Part shown: piece after piece, positions 22,001 through 32,035 of the stretch
How the letters are laid out: the number at the start of each line of letters is the position of its first letter
Position numbering within the stretch: position 1 is the stretch's first letter
Source: Catajapyx aquilonaris
Taxonomy: Eukaryota
DNA length: 32,035 nt
Direction of reading: 5' to 3'
Assembly: GCA_000934665.2 (NCBI GenBank)
Contig: JYFJ02004454.1
Span: 1 to 32,035, forward strand
Program-made: the position numbers and the translations under genes
Notes under the pieces: model-generated
Seen by the model: the letters and a program-made list of their open reading frames with translations, nothing else
What the model was told of the DNA's origin: nothing
The model's database searches: none

Positions 22001-25000
22001 AACCAGAAGCGCGTTACCTCCTGGATGCCGCAAAATTCTAGATATTTTGACCAGATTCACCATAGCATCAGGAAAAAAGACCAGATCCATGGGCGAGCCT
22101 CGTATAATCTCATTATATTGCGAAAGAAACATTTTCAACCGATCTTGAAGCACCTCCAGGGACTCAACTGGCTCATAAACTTTAGGAAGCTCCATATCAG
22201 CATCCTCCGACTCTTCCCCAGTGGGTTCTGGCGCATCTCTCATAAAGTCCACAAAATACTGAGTCCCCTCTAATATTTTCACGTATTGATCACCCAAATT
22301 ACTTTTAGCTGTTGCAATAAGTTCACCTTCAAACCAGATCTTATCTGTATCAGAGGTGAACCTGTCTGTAATTACTCGAATAAATTCGTGCTTCCAAAGC
22401 ATAAGCAGCACCTCAGGCGTTTCAATAACTGTCGACAAAGTTCCTATCATTCCTTGCCATATTCTGGAAAGATCACGTAAGTTGAATACATAGTGGAACT
22501 TGGCCGGTGTTGGCAGAAGCTTCAGCTGCAAGACAAATATTACTCAGGTTTACATGGACGATGATATCAACATTGGTCAGACAATACTTCTACCCAAAAT
22601 TCAAGTATTGATGATAGAAGTGGTCCTTACCCTGGTCGCCATCCACAGTTCGCGTGTCAATGGTACTAATTCTAGCACCATGGACCGAACCTCTGGAGGG
22701 AACCCCCTTTTGGCATTATAATGGCCGTATCCGATCACTCCAAATATTTTGTCAATGGAGGCCTGTGAAGGCAGTGTGCAGTTGAAGACGCAGAACTGTC
22801 TCTTCAGCCGGGAGGGAATGTCGTTTCGACCACCTCCTGGCTGGATCATGGCAGCCAGGAATTGCATATCTGCTATGTAGGTGAACTCTCCAGGTTTCTC
22901 CAGGTTGTAGAATCCGCGCATTTCCATGGTCTGCCTTACGATTTCGTTTGTGGCTTGATCTCCCCACTCGTTTATCTGGGGCAAGTTAATGTCGTCGATG
23001 AACACTGTCATTTTTTTCCCGTTTGAAGGCCCAAATGTGTTGCCCATACGCTTGTCCACGTAGCTTTCCAAAGTCCGCTGCCATAGCATGTAACGGCAAT
23101 TGAATATGTAAACCAAGTTTAGTAATATTTTAGAATTGATGACTGGAAACCTTACCTGGAAATGCATCGGAGTTGTGGCAGAAGAGAAATTGAATGTGCG
23201 GCTGATGTGGAACTCGGGGTTGTACTTTTTCATATAAGCTTCGACCATTACTGTTTTGGCTGATCCTTGTTCTCCAATCAGAAGTACCGCCTATTTTTGA
23301 TGAAAAGCATTTACTATCTATTTTATTAAAGTGAGAATAAATTTAAGGAATAAAAATATCTCGTAACATTAAGAATCTTGAGATATCTGAACTCTGTATG
23401 TGACACCGCGAATGTGAACTTACCTTTCCTTGATTGGATATGGTTCGTAACAAAAAGTCCGTCCGAACATTGTCAATATTTGGTACTAATATGGAAGAAT
23501 AGTCTGGAGTGTGGAGTTCTGGATATATGTATTCCTCCACCAAATTATTCCAATGTTCCCAGACACCTAGAATCGAACAAGTAGGTTACTAGCACAATCT
23601 CTCTCGTGTGTTGATTGAAGGCCTTCCTGCTTAAAGTGCTTCAATTGTACCTCTGCTGGTCACATAAATAATCATATGAGGAGCAACAATTATTCCTCAT
23701 ACCAGCCAATGGAATTGCGTGATTAGGATCAAATGATAAACAGAAATGCCAAATATACATTTCAACTCGGAAGGCCTTCAAATGTACACTGTAAAATTGA
23801 CCTTCAGACGTGACAGTGTAGTCAAATATGGATGATTGCTCCTCCTTTTCTGGAAATGTTAGAGTTAAATTCTCTCTCATAAAGACTTCCATTTTTCCAC
23901 GGTCTTCCAGTTCCAGAAATGCTCCAATACTCCAGAGAAGCGCAAACACAAAAATTCGCTCTGTGTAGGCCTCTGACAAATCCGATTCTTTTCCTTCTTT
24001 GGGTGATTCCTTTCCTTCCTTCGACTCGCTGTCGATCTGTTGCTTTTCCTTTGGCAGCAGACCTTCTAGCAACGAAAGCATCTGCGAGAGGTAATTCATA
24101 AATCTGAGAATTCATTTCTGTCGTCACATTTAACTAACACTATTTACCTGTAGAACCACATTACACTGGAGGACATTCATCTTAAAAAGGAGATTCTGTG
24201 TGGCCCAAGTGTACAGCTTCGGAAAGCAGTTTTCGCACAACTTGTCCAGGAGAGCTGCTTCTGTGCTTGCTCTGGTCTTGATCCATGACTGAACAATAGG
24301 TTGCCAATTCAGACCAGAAGAACTCATGTAAACCATTCCGTTGCGAGACACCGTTGCTGGAGAAGCGTTGTCGATGTTGTGGGGCTCAAATATGATCTTG
24401 CAAGTGGCAGCCATGGGAAGGCGGTCGCCGTTGGCTAGAGTCAGGGTCCTGTTGTCATCAAGCACTGAGTTGAGATTCTCGATCCATATGCTATCGACTG
24501 GTCCATCTAAAACCATCCATATGTGGTCTTCCTTCTTTCTCCGCAAGGTCTTCCTCCATAGTGCAGAGAAAATACCGTCAGTCCAATCGTTCGTGGCCAC
24601 GTCCAACCTTCCAAACATCTGAGCAGCAGTGATAGCTTTGGGATTCATTCGCATCTCTCTGAAACAACAAGACTATTAAAGTTATTCTCTAGTAGCTACG
24701 TGACGTTTGCTCTACCGATGTGGTTTCCCGCAACCAGTCAATGCCCTCATCAATGTTTGGATACATGTCGTCTTTCCAGCTCCACTAGGTCCCAAAGTCA
24801 TGATGCCATGGCGCACTTGTTGCGTTTCATACAACTGCATTGTAATGCAGTGATTTAGAAGATACACTGTACGGTACTTAATATGATAAATAAATGTGTT
24901 TCACAGCACCTGAATAAGCTTCAAAACCCAAGGCGGATGAAATATAAGCCCCGTTTCTTCTGCATGTTCTTTAATGGCTGTCTCCAATTCAACATAAGAT

Positions 25001-28000
25001 GTCTTCTCCAAAGTCACGTTAGGAAACAAGTCAGCAACAAGAGACATAAATAGTGGCTCGTCCTCATCTGCAAGTTCAGCGTATTAATAATTTAAAAATT
25101 GCTGTCTTGGGAATAAACCTTACCGACTAACTTGGACAGGTTCATATCCCTCAGAACTCGCATGACTATAGTGCTTTCTGAGTCTTTCCCACTGGCTCTC
25201 TTGGCTGCTCCCAGAGTTCTAAGTACTGACAAGATATTCCTCAATCCAAAGTCATAGTGGACCTGTTTGGTCAGCTGCTCTTCGCACAACTTGTACAGAG
25301 TATAAAACTTCCGTGCCAGAGTTATATTTTCCAGAAACCCACAGCTGGCTAGCTTGACCCGGATAATAATTTGCCGATCCGGAACCATCATGGCCACAAA
25401 CCGAAACTGAATCTTCAGGTTTTCTGGCAATTCTTGGCGGCCAGCATACCCTGGGTTCATGGTCAAGAATATCCCAAATTCTGTGTTCATGTTGATCATT
25501 TCTCCGTCCGTGAACACAAACTTTGATCGCTTTTCTTTCTTGCAGGCTAATACTACACTCACCTGCTGAGCTGCTACTGACAGCACAGGTAGCTGGATAC
25601 GGTTGAACTCATCGAAGCAACCCCATGAACCAGATTGAGCCAAACCTTTAAATATTCTTCCAAGTCCGCGATAATCCATCTGATCCGAGCAGTTAAATAC
25701 CACCACGTATTTGCCAAGGGTTTTCCCCATGTCTTTAACTGTTTCGGTCTTTCCAGTGCCAGCAGGGCCTGCTGGACAGCCACCCATGCTCATTGCCAAG
25801 GCCTGTGCCAGTGTTATGTAGCATCTATCAGTAAGTGGAGTGATGACCAGCCTTTCAGTACAGCCCAAGTATTCGTTTTGATACACAAAATGCACATCGG
25901 TAATGGATATGACCGTCTCATCTCTCTCTTCCTTGAAATAAAATCGACTCTGTTTCATCCATTCAAAATCGTTGACCTGCTTCACATTTAGGCGACACTG
26001 CAATTAGAGTTTTTGTTATTCCTAAGACTGTATGTGTCTCTGCAGATTTGATTTTTATATTATAAGTTATATGCTACTTACCAGTTGGTCGAAAATGTCT
26101 CGTTGGTGAACATGGATGGTAATAAGCGTTTCAAATTTCGTTCGCTCAATTTTGGTGAGTGTGCGAGTGGTTTGATCGATCAACATGTTGAGTAATTCTA
26201 AAAACCTGTTGTTGGCGTCGATCATATTTTTTCTGTCTGCTTTAGCTAATGCTAGAGCAGCTTCTGCATCGCGAGTCCAGATCATCTGAATGCCCAATAT
26301 TCCCACTTGCGCTGGAGATTTGATCAGAAATTCCAGAATATGGAACTCCGCGTCGTTGATAAGACCATACGCATTGCGTATGATGGCGTGAAGGGATTGC
26401 CGAGATGTCTTGAGCAGTTGCATCAGCCAGCATTCCACACTTCCTTCAGCCACCACAGCCTTCTCCAGCTTGATAGACTCACCTTCCGAAGACATTATGG
26501 CCATAATTTTATTGTATTCCATGTCGTTGAACTTGACGGCGCTGATGCTGTCAAATATTGAAAGAAGATGTGACTGTATAGTGTGCGAGTCTGATGCTTG
26601 GCCCAATATTTCCAGCAAAGCCGGATCTGACACGAAGAAGAACCGAGGAAACATAAGCCTCTTCTTTTCCAAGTATCCAGTGAGAGACTTCTGACACAAC
26701 TCCAGTTGCTCTTGCAAATGAGGCAGCAGCTGCTTCAGGGAATCGTCACCTACACAACATCCAACCACCCCAGGGGTTTCATGAGCCTTCATCATTATCT
26801 TGTGCCAGGATCGGTCAATCTTTCCGAAACGCTTGGCTTCCTTGGGAAGCTGCTTGGCTATGTCGCCTCCAACAAACACTGCCTCTAAGTACACCCACAA
26901 GTTCTGCACAAGCAGCCATCTTTCTAGGATCTCGTTGGTGTTGGACAGGTCGTCTACCCATTGCTGAATCTGCTTTCTAAATGGTGCATTGTACCTGTTC
27001 GACAGCAGAGAACTCAGAATCATCAGGCTGTCTTCCAGTTGGGATATTGTGTCTGCAGTGGTGTCTCCTCTCAGCAAGAGCTCCCCACGGGTTTTGAATG
27101 GCATGAAGGTAAGCTCGTGCACTGACCATTCATTTGTCACCAGCCTCAATTTGGCCTCTATGTCCTTTTCTTTCAAGGCTGATATACAGATGTCCTGAAA
27201 TCATCAAACATGATATTAAACTTTAAGCACTTAAGGAAAGGTATTGTCATACCTCAATGTCCTCTTTGCACTGCAGCAGAGGAGCTTTTAGAATGTCTTT
27301 GAGGCAAAAGCCTTCACTGTCGAGGTCAAAGTTATACTTAGTGACGTCCATAATTCTCTGCCAGTGTCGCGGTTTCATTGCTTTGTTAGCCATAAGTTCA
27401 AGCAAGGGGCAAATGTCATTGAAATCGTCGATGGTTTTTTTCAAGGCGAAAAAGGCCGGCCACTCTTTCAAACCCTTTGGTAATTTTCGGCACCTAAAAT
27501 GCAATCCAACAATAAAGTCAAGCAATCATACGCCATTCCGTGATATTACCTGTTTTGAAACTCCATAAGTTCGTTATTGATTTCCTCAATATCAACATCT
27601 CCCCATGGAATATCATAGTAACTATTGACACGATCAATGACGTCGTTATAGAGGCGATATAACTTATGAAGCAGATTGAGCTCTTTTCTTATTTGACCCA
27701 ACTCGGGATACTCTGTTGGAGTCAGTCCAAACAACTCCTCGCCAGTAGCATAAGCAGTGTGTTTTCTCCATAAAGTGTCAAAACGGTTCTGAAATGTGAT
27801 CATGCGATCTGACGCTTCTCGTGGTTCCAGTCCTGGTGCCATTGGACCTGATGTTTTGTAATCAACGCAGAAAAAGCCACAGTCATTCTTGAACTCGATA
27901 AGGTTTTCTTTCAGATTTTCTTCAAACTGGGGTTGGACTGACAGAAGTTGCAAGTGAACTTGTTGTGCTTTGCTCTATAATGAGAACAACCATACAGTAT

Positions 28001-29425
28001 TCTGTGAATTAAGGTCCTTCACTCGTTGAAATAAAGCAAGATTACCTGTACTTGATCCCACATGTACCGCAAGTTGTCAACTGTTTCCAAATCCTCTTTG
28101 GACACTGGTATTTGATAGCTTGAGATGATATTAAAAGCCTCTTCCACAGGCTCGATCTTGAGCTCCAAATCCACCTCTATTTCTCTCATTTTCTTCAAAT
28201 TTTCCATGATGAACCGGATGTCATCCAAGTCTCTCATTGGACGTTCCAACTTACGTGCAAATTCGTTAATCATGGCAGACACATAGTCCATGTCACGTTT
28301 ATACTTGTTTTTCAGTGCTCGTCCAAATTTATAGGTCCAGCTCTTAGCTTCTGTTAACAACCCAAACTTGAGTTGTTCTGTAGATATGCAAATGCAGCCC
28401 AAGTTGTGAAACTGAGGCAAGCTATCCAAACTCTGTTCGACATCCTTATGTTTCTGCATGATGACTTCAAAATCTATTACGTCTGGGTTTGTCTTTAAGA
28501 AGTCTTGTACTACTGGATCATATTCTTTTTGCCACAAGAAATCGTATGGGGACCACATCTTAAAGAAGTCACGTAATTCCTGTAAAATGTTATAGTACAT
28601 CGAATTATGATTTCAAGAAATATTGTAGAATGAGCATGAATAAAACCTATGGTATTGTTAATGTGTGTTAAAATGTCAAAGGGAACTTACAAGTTTTACG
28701 GATTGAACGCACTTTGCGAGTGAGCCACATGTTTTGGTAATTTCTTTATTTTCGAACACAAGAAGATAGTAATTCCTGCTCTGTGGTTTTACGCTTGGCT
28801 TTTCTTCAGAAACACTTTTATACAAGGAACGTTTCCTGCCAGACTTCATATCTTCTGTCAAACCCGAATCACTCTGGAACATTATACATACAATATTGCA
28901 ATTCATGTAACGCAATGTGTTAAAATTTTAAGCATCTAGTAAATGCCCATGTTTTACCTCCTTTTTGCTCTCAATCCATCGTCCAACGCCTCTGGACACG
29001 CCAATCATCATTTTCCCAGCAGTTACCAATGCGTCCTGAAGCTCCTCCAGAGACGGTTCTATGTCGACGTTTGGAATAGCCAACGACGCAGAGAGAACAA
29101 AGACAGGTTTTATATCCGGCTTTTTACCTGACGCGTCTTCTTTTTGTTCGGAGGAAAACCGTTCAATGAGAATTTCTAGTGAAGTACGAGTGAGCCGTAT
29201 GAGGACATCGAGGATCTTGCGACTGTAGAATCGCTTCAGGTCTCGAACCGAGTGTTTTGTAAGATCCTGCACTTCTTTCACCCTCCCTATATCTAATGCT
29301 TTCAAAAGGACCTCAGGACTCTCGTAGAATTTGTTCACTGCGTTCACGTCTGGTTGCTGAGACACGTTTATTTCTGGTCCAGTTCGCTCTTCACTCTCGT
29401 TTCTGCCAAAAGCTGTGGAAAATAA

Positions 29426-29468
<43 letters not shown>

Positions 29469-31777
29469 ATAGTACAGGAAAATTACGTTTTAGCGATATA
29501 ATAGTAATTACCGTCGGCTATAAGCTCAAACACTGTGTCGCTTTTTGCATTTTTAACTTTTACTTTTTGTAAATTTTTCCCCGCTTTCTCAGTAATCTCT
29601 ATAATTTCTTCGACTGCGTCCTCTATTATACTGCTTTTCTGGTGAAGTTCCTAAATGCATAAAAATCATATAGGATTATTCATTTCTGCATGAGGGGATA
29701 GATAATTATTATGAATCGCACAATAAGAATGTCGCGAATATTCAATACGCAATCAATTGAATTATTTAGCCAATGAAGACATCCCTCACCAGAGCAACTT
29801 GGAGACACTTTTCTCTGGTTCTATCCAAGAAGTCATCCACAGTCCAGGCCTCCTCGGTAGGTAATATGTGCAGTGTAACTTCATTCATATCAAGAAGAAC
29901 GTCACGAATCCGATGATTATAAATTTGCTGGATTCTGCATAAAGAATATTAATGAAAAACATAATACCCTATGTCTCCTTCACTGGTAAGCACCAACAGA
30001 CAAAAGCTCCCATTGACTACAAATATTTGGCATCCATATTCGTAAACGCATATCAATACTATACAGAAATGTGGATTATGATAATATGGCAAGATAAATT
30101 CAGATATCAAGATGAGCAATGTTTATAAATCATTCCAATCACAGCATGAACTCACCTCCTTAAGAGAATGGAAAATTCGTCAACTACGCAATAGCAAAAC
30201 TTCCAGTATATTTTCCAATAAACGTTTGTCCATGTGATGTCCTTGAGGGCAGGTTCGAACATAGTGGATATGCAGAGCAAGTGTGGAAGTATGAGAGGCC
30301 TAACATCTGGGAGCACATTTTGGGTCGCTTCGTAGTAATTATCCAACAGTTCTTGCATAGCATCACGAACATTGGTGAAGTGGTCTCGTCTGTCCAAGAG
30401 AAACCGCGCACCAATCGGCATCTTGAGACCCATACGGAGCATACACTCGGCCTCTCGCATCAAACGACGCACATAATATGGATAGTTGACCACAATTTGA
30501 CCTTCCTTATCTACTGCCAGTAACGGCTGGCTGATGTGGTACTTCAGCGTCTTTACCTGAAATCCACATCTTGATGTAGTGTGGGACCAAAATATATGTT
30601 ATGTACTAATGTACTGTACGTAATAGGCCTTATTTCAGAACTCTCATTGCTGCAGGAGAATACTGACTCGACTATTAAACAGTACAAACTTATGTCATAG
30701 GATATAATTAAGGTTTTCACATTGCAATTAGTGGCCCTTGCAAAAATACGTGGTAGATTATTATCACCCACTCACATCCTGTGCTTCCCAAACACGAATC
30801 GCATGCATCTCAAATCCAACCATTTCTAGACCGATCTTATTGTACTTGTTGATTAAAGCCTGTGATTCTTCTAATTGTGACAATGTTTTATGTTCATAAA
30901 GTTTCATGATCAATTTCTCGACATGGAAGAGAAGCGATCGCACCCACATTATCCGACCTGAAAAAGGAAGTTGTTAAAATGTTGCGTTATTATTATGATT
31001 TTTCCTGTCCATTCAATATTAAGAAATTAATTAACTATAATTTATTTTAAGTACCGGCGATGGGAGGCGCATTCCTCGGGAGTTGAGGATCAGACACATT
31101 CTTCTGGAAGTCCTTCAGAACCCGGTCCAGTTCGGAGTTGACGTATGCTAAAATTCGTTTACGTTTTCGCTCCAAAGGTTCCAATGGAAGAGATGGTTCC
31201 ACTCTTTCGAATCTCTTCAAAACCGAAAATCCATCAGGAGACTCCCAGACGTCAGCAAAATTGGACTCCACCAAATTGCTTACCTGCGTTATTGTATGCA
31301 TCGCCAAAGCACATAATTAAATTAAATTAAAAATCAGTCTGCATACCTTTTCCTTCAGAGTGTTAACCTTAGTCATAAAAGCCTCAAAATCCGCATCAAA
31401 GTCTTTCCTTCTATGATCCAAATAATCGTATTGCTTTGTTGTTATTATTCCTACTGTAATCCGGAACTGCTTGCGACAGTCCTCCAGAGTTTCAGATAAT
31501 GTCAGCCCTAATAATATACGTAAAGTGGTGAAGTAACTGGATGTTTTCATGGTTTTTCAGGACACAAACCTTCTACATTAGTGTCTAACATGCGTTGAAA
31601 CTCGTCGAGAATGCCGCATAGGTGAAGAAGCTTTTTGAGGCGCTCGCAGAAGGCGTCGAACTTCCCAAACACATACCTTTCACTGTAACAAAGCTCGCCT
31701 TCATCCTCAGAGTCTAAATGCTTATCCTTCAACAACCTATGTGCTTCATGGTACATGCGGTTCAGCTCTAGGCATTC
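16042..31777 (-). CDS. DNAH5: Axonemal outer-arm dynein heavy chain, DNAH5/DNAH8 type (Drosophila kl-3/CG9492 group), 5'-partial; 32 exons, 4209 aa visible
   Basis: Exons 5'->3' on minus: 31777-31570, 31507-31347, 31283-31055, 30957-30776, 30556-30156, 29934-29790, 29650-29512, 29412-28958, 28873-28691, 28579-28046, 27974-27550, 27493-27253, 27194-26082, 25997-25124, 25067-24910, 24834-24716, 24658-24148, 24081-23802, 23566-23424, 23290-23156, 23077-22631, 22525-21915, 21856-21708, 21639-21470, 21387-20739, 20514-20369, 20309-20094, 19944-18343, 18282-18114, 18029-17877, 17818-17088, 16992-16042. All GT-AG and in phase; 12630 nt. P-loops: AAA1 GPAGTGKT with CFDEFNR, AAA2 [11 protein letters not shown]3 GEQGSAKT (DNAH5/8-type), AAA4 GVGGSGKQ. 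Stalk and microtubule-binding domain ([15 protein letters not shown]) and C-terminus [10 protein letters not shown] are present. DNAH5 versus DNAH8/kl-3 orthology cannot be settled by eye. Confidence 0.93.
19940..19986. repeat. (TCAA)n tract flanked by a 12-bp direct repeat covering a dynein splice acceptor
   Basis: TTTTCCTGAAAT at 19940-19951 and 19975-19986, enclosing CAATCAATCAATCAATCAATTAC. Confidence 0.85.
21432..21451. repeat. (GT)10 microsatellite in a dynein intron
   Basis: Read directly from the sequence. Confidence 0.9.
29424..29471. repeat. (AAAT)n microsatellite in a dynein intron, next to a splice acceptor
   Basis: About 12 AAAT units. On the minus strand it reads (TTTA)n just upstream of TTTTCCACAG| at 29413. 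Confidence 0.9.
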
Positions 31778-31842
31778 CTGAAACACACAGTCAGCGATGT
31801 GCATGAGTTCAAAATTTCGCACTTAGTATACATTATGTAGTG

Positions 31843-32035
31843 TGTTGTATGAGTACAAGGTTGGAAATAAAGGGGGACTCCAGACAAGATGGCTGACCGA
31901 GTTGGACGTGTTTCACTAGGGGGGCTAAGTAAAAGACCCGAATAAAACATGGTGGCAGCGGTGGGATCCTGAATACTGACTGGCCAGCATCAGGAGACAC
32001 CCCAGAACGAGTAACGAGTCGAAGTGAGCTGCAAA
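31843..32035 (+). mobile_element. 5' end of an LTR retrotransposon (short ~107-bp LTR plus tRNA-Leu primer-binding site) in a dynein intron; runs off the window
   Basis: Putative LTR 31843-31949 bounded by TGTTGTAT...ATAAAACA (7/8 inverted match) and containing AATAAA. It is followed immediately by TGGTGGCAGCGGTGGGAT (31950-31967), the complement of the 3' 18 nt of metazoan tRNA-Leu(AAG/TAG) (ATCCCACCGCTGCCA-CCA). Confidence 0.8.

Noticed and set aside
16130..31330. Many plus-strand and alternate-frame ORFs over the dynein gene (e.g. 18854-19339, 17651-18055, 25635-25991)
   Set aside because: They are shadows of long coding exons, with no recognisable domains.
16042..31777. Non-canonical introns or pseudogenising lesions in the dynein gene
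   Set aside because: All 31 traced introns are GT-AG and the frame is continuous to the stop.
31878..31910. GGGGGACTCCAGACAAGATGGCTG as an L1-like 5' UTR start with a YY1 site
   Set aside because: It lies inside the TG...CA unit that ends at the tRNA-Leu PBS, so an LTR explains it better.

Overview
Eukaryotic genomic DNA, probably an arthropod or insect (inferred from short AT-rich GT-AG introns and the gene content). I traced three intron-containing genes by hand, checking reading-frame phase at every junction. (1) BBS9/PTHB1 on the minus strand: 7 coding exons, 945 aa, complete. (2) ERp44 on the plus strand: 5 visible coding exons with the CRFS motif and a C-terminal RDEL; the first (signal-peptide) exon was not located. 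(3) An axonemal outer-arm dynein heavy chain of the DNAH5/DNAH8 (kl-3/CG9492) type on the minus strand: 32 exons, 4209 aa visible, N-terminus outside the window. Introns and intergenic DNA carry several small mobile elements: a piggyBac-like MITE with a duplicated left end, two Tc1/pogo-type MITEs, a tRNA-derived SINE with a 13-bp target-site duplication (TSD), and at the window edge the 5' end of an LTR retroelement with a ~107-bp LTR and a perfect tRNA-Leu primer-binding site. The most unusual local structure is a 23-bp (TTGA)n insertion that duplicated a dynein splice acceptor. I see no evidence for a wholly new biological system; the interesting signals are transposon and splicing micro-architecture.
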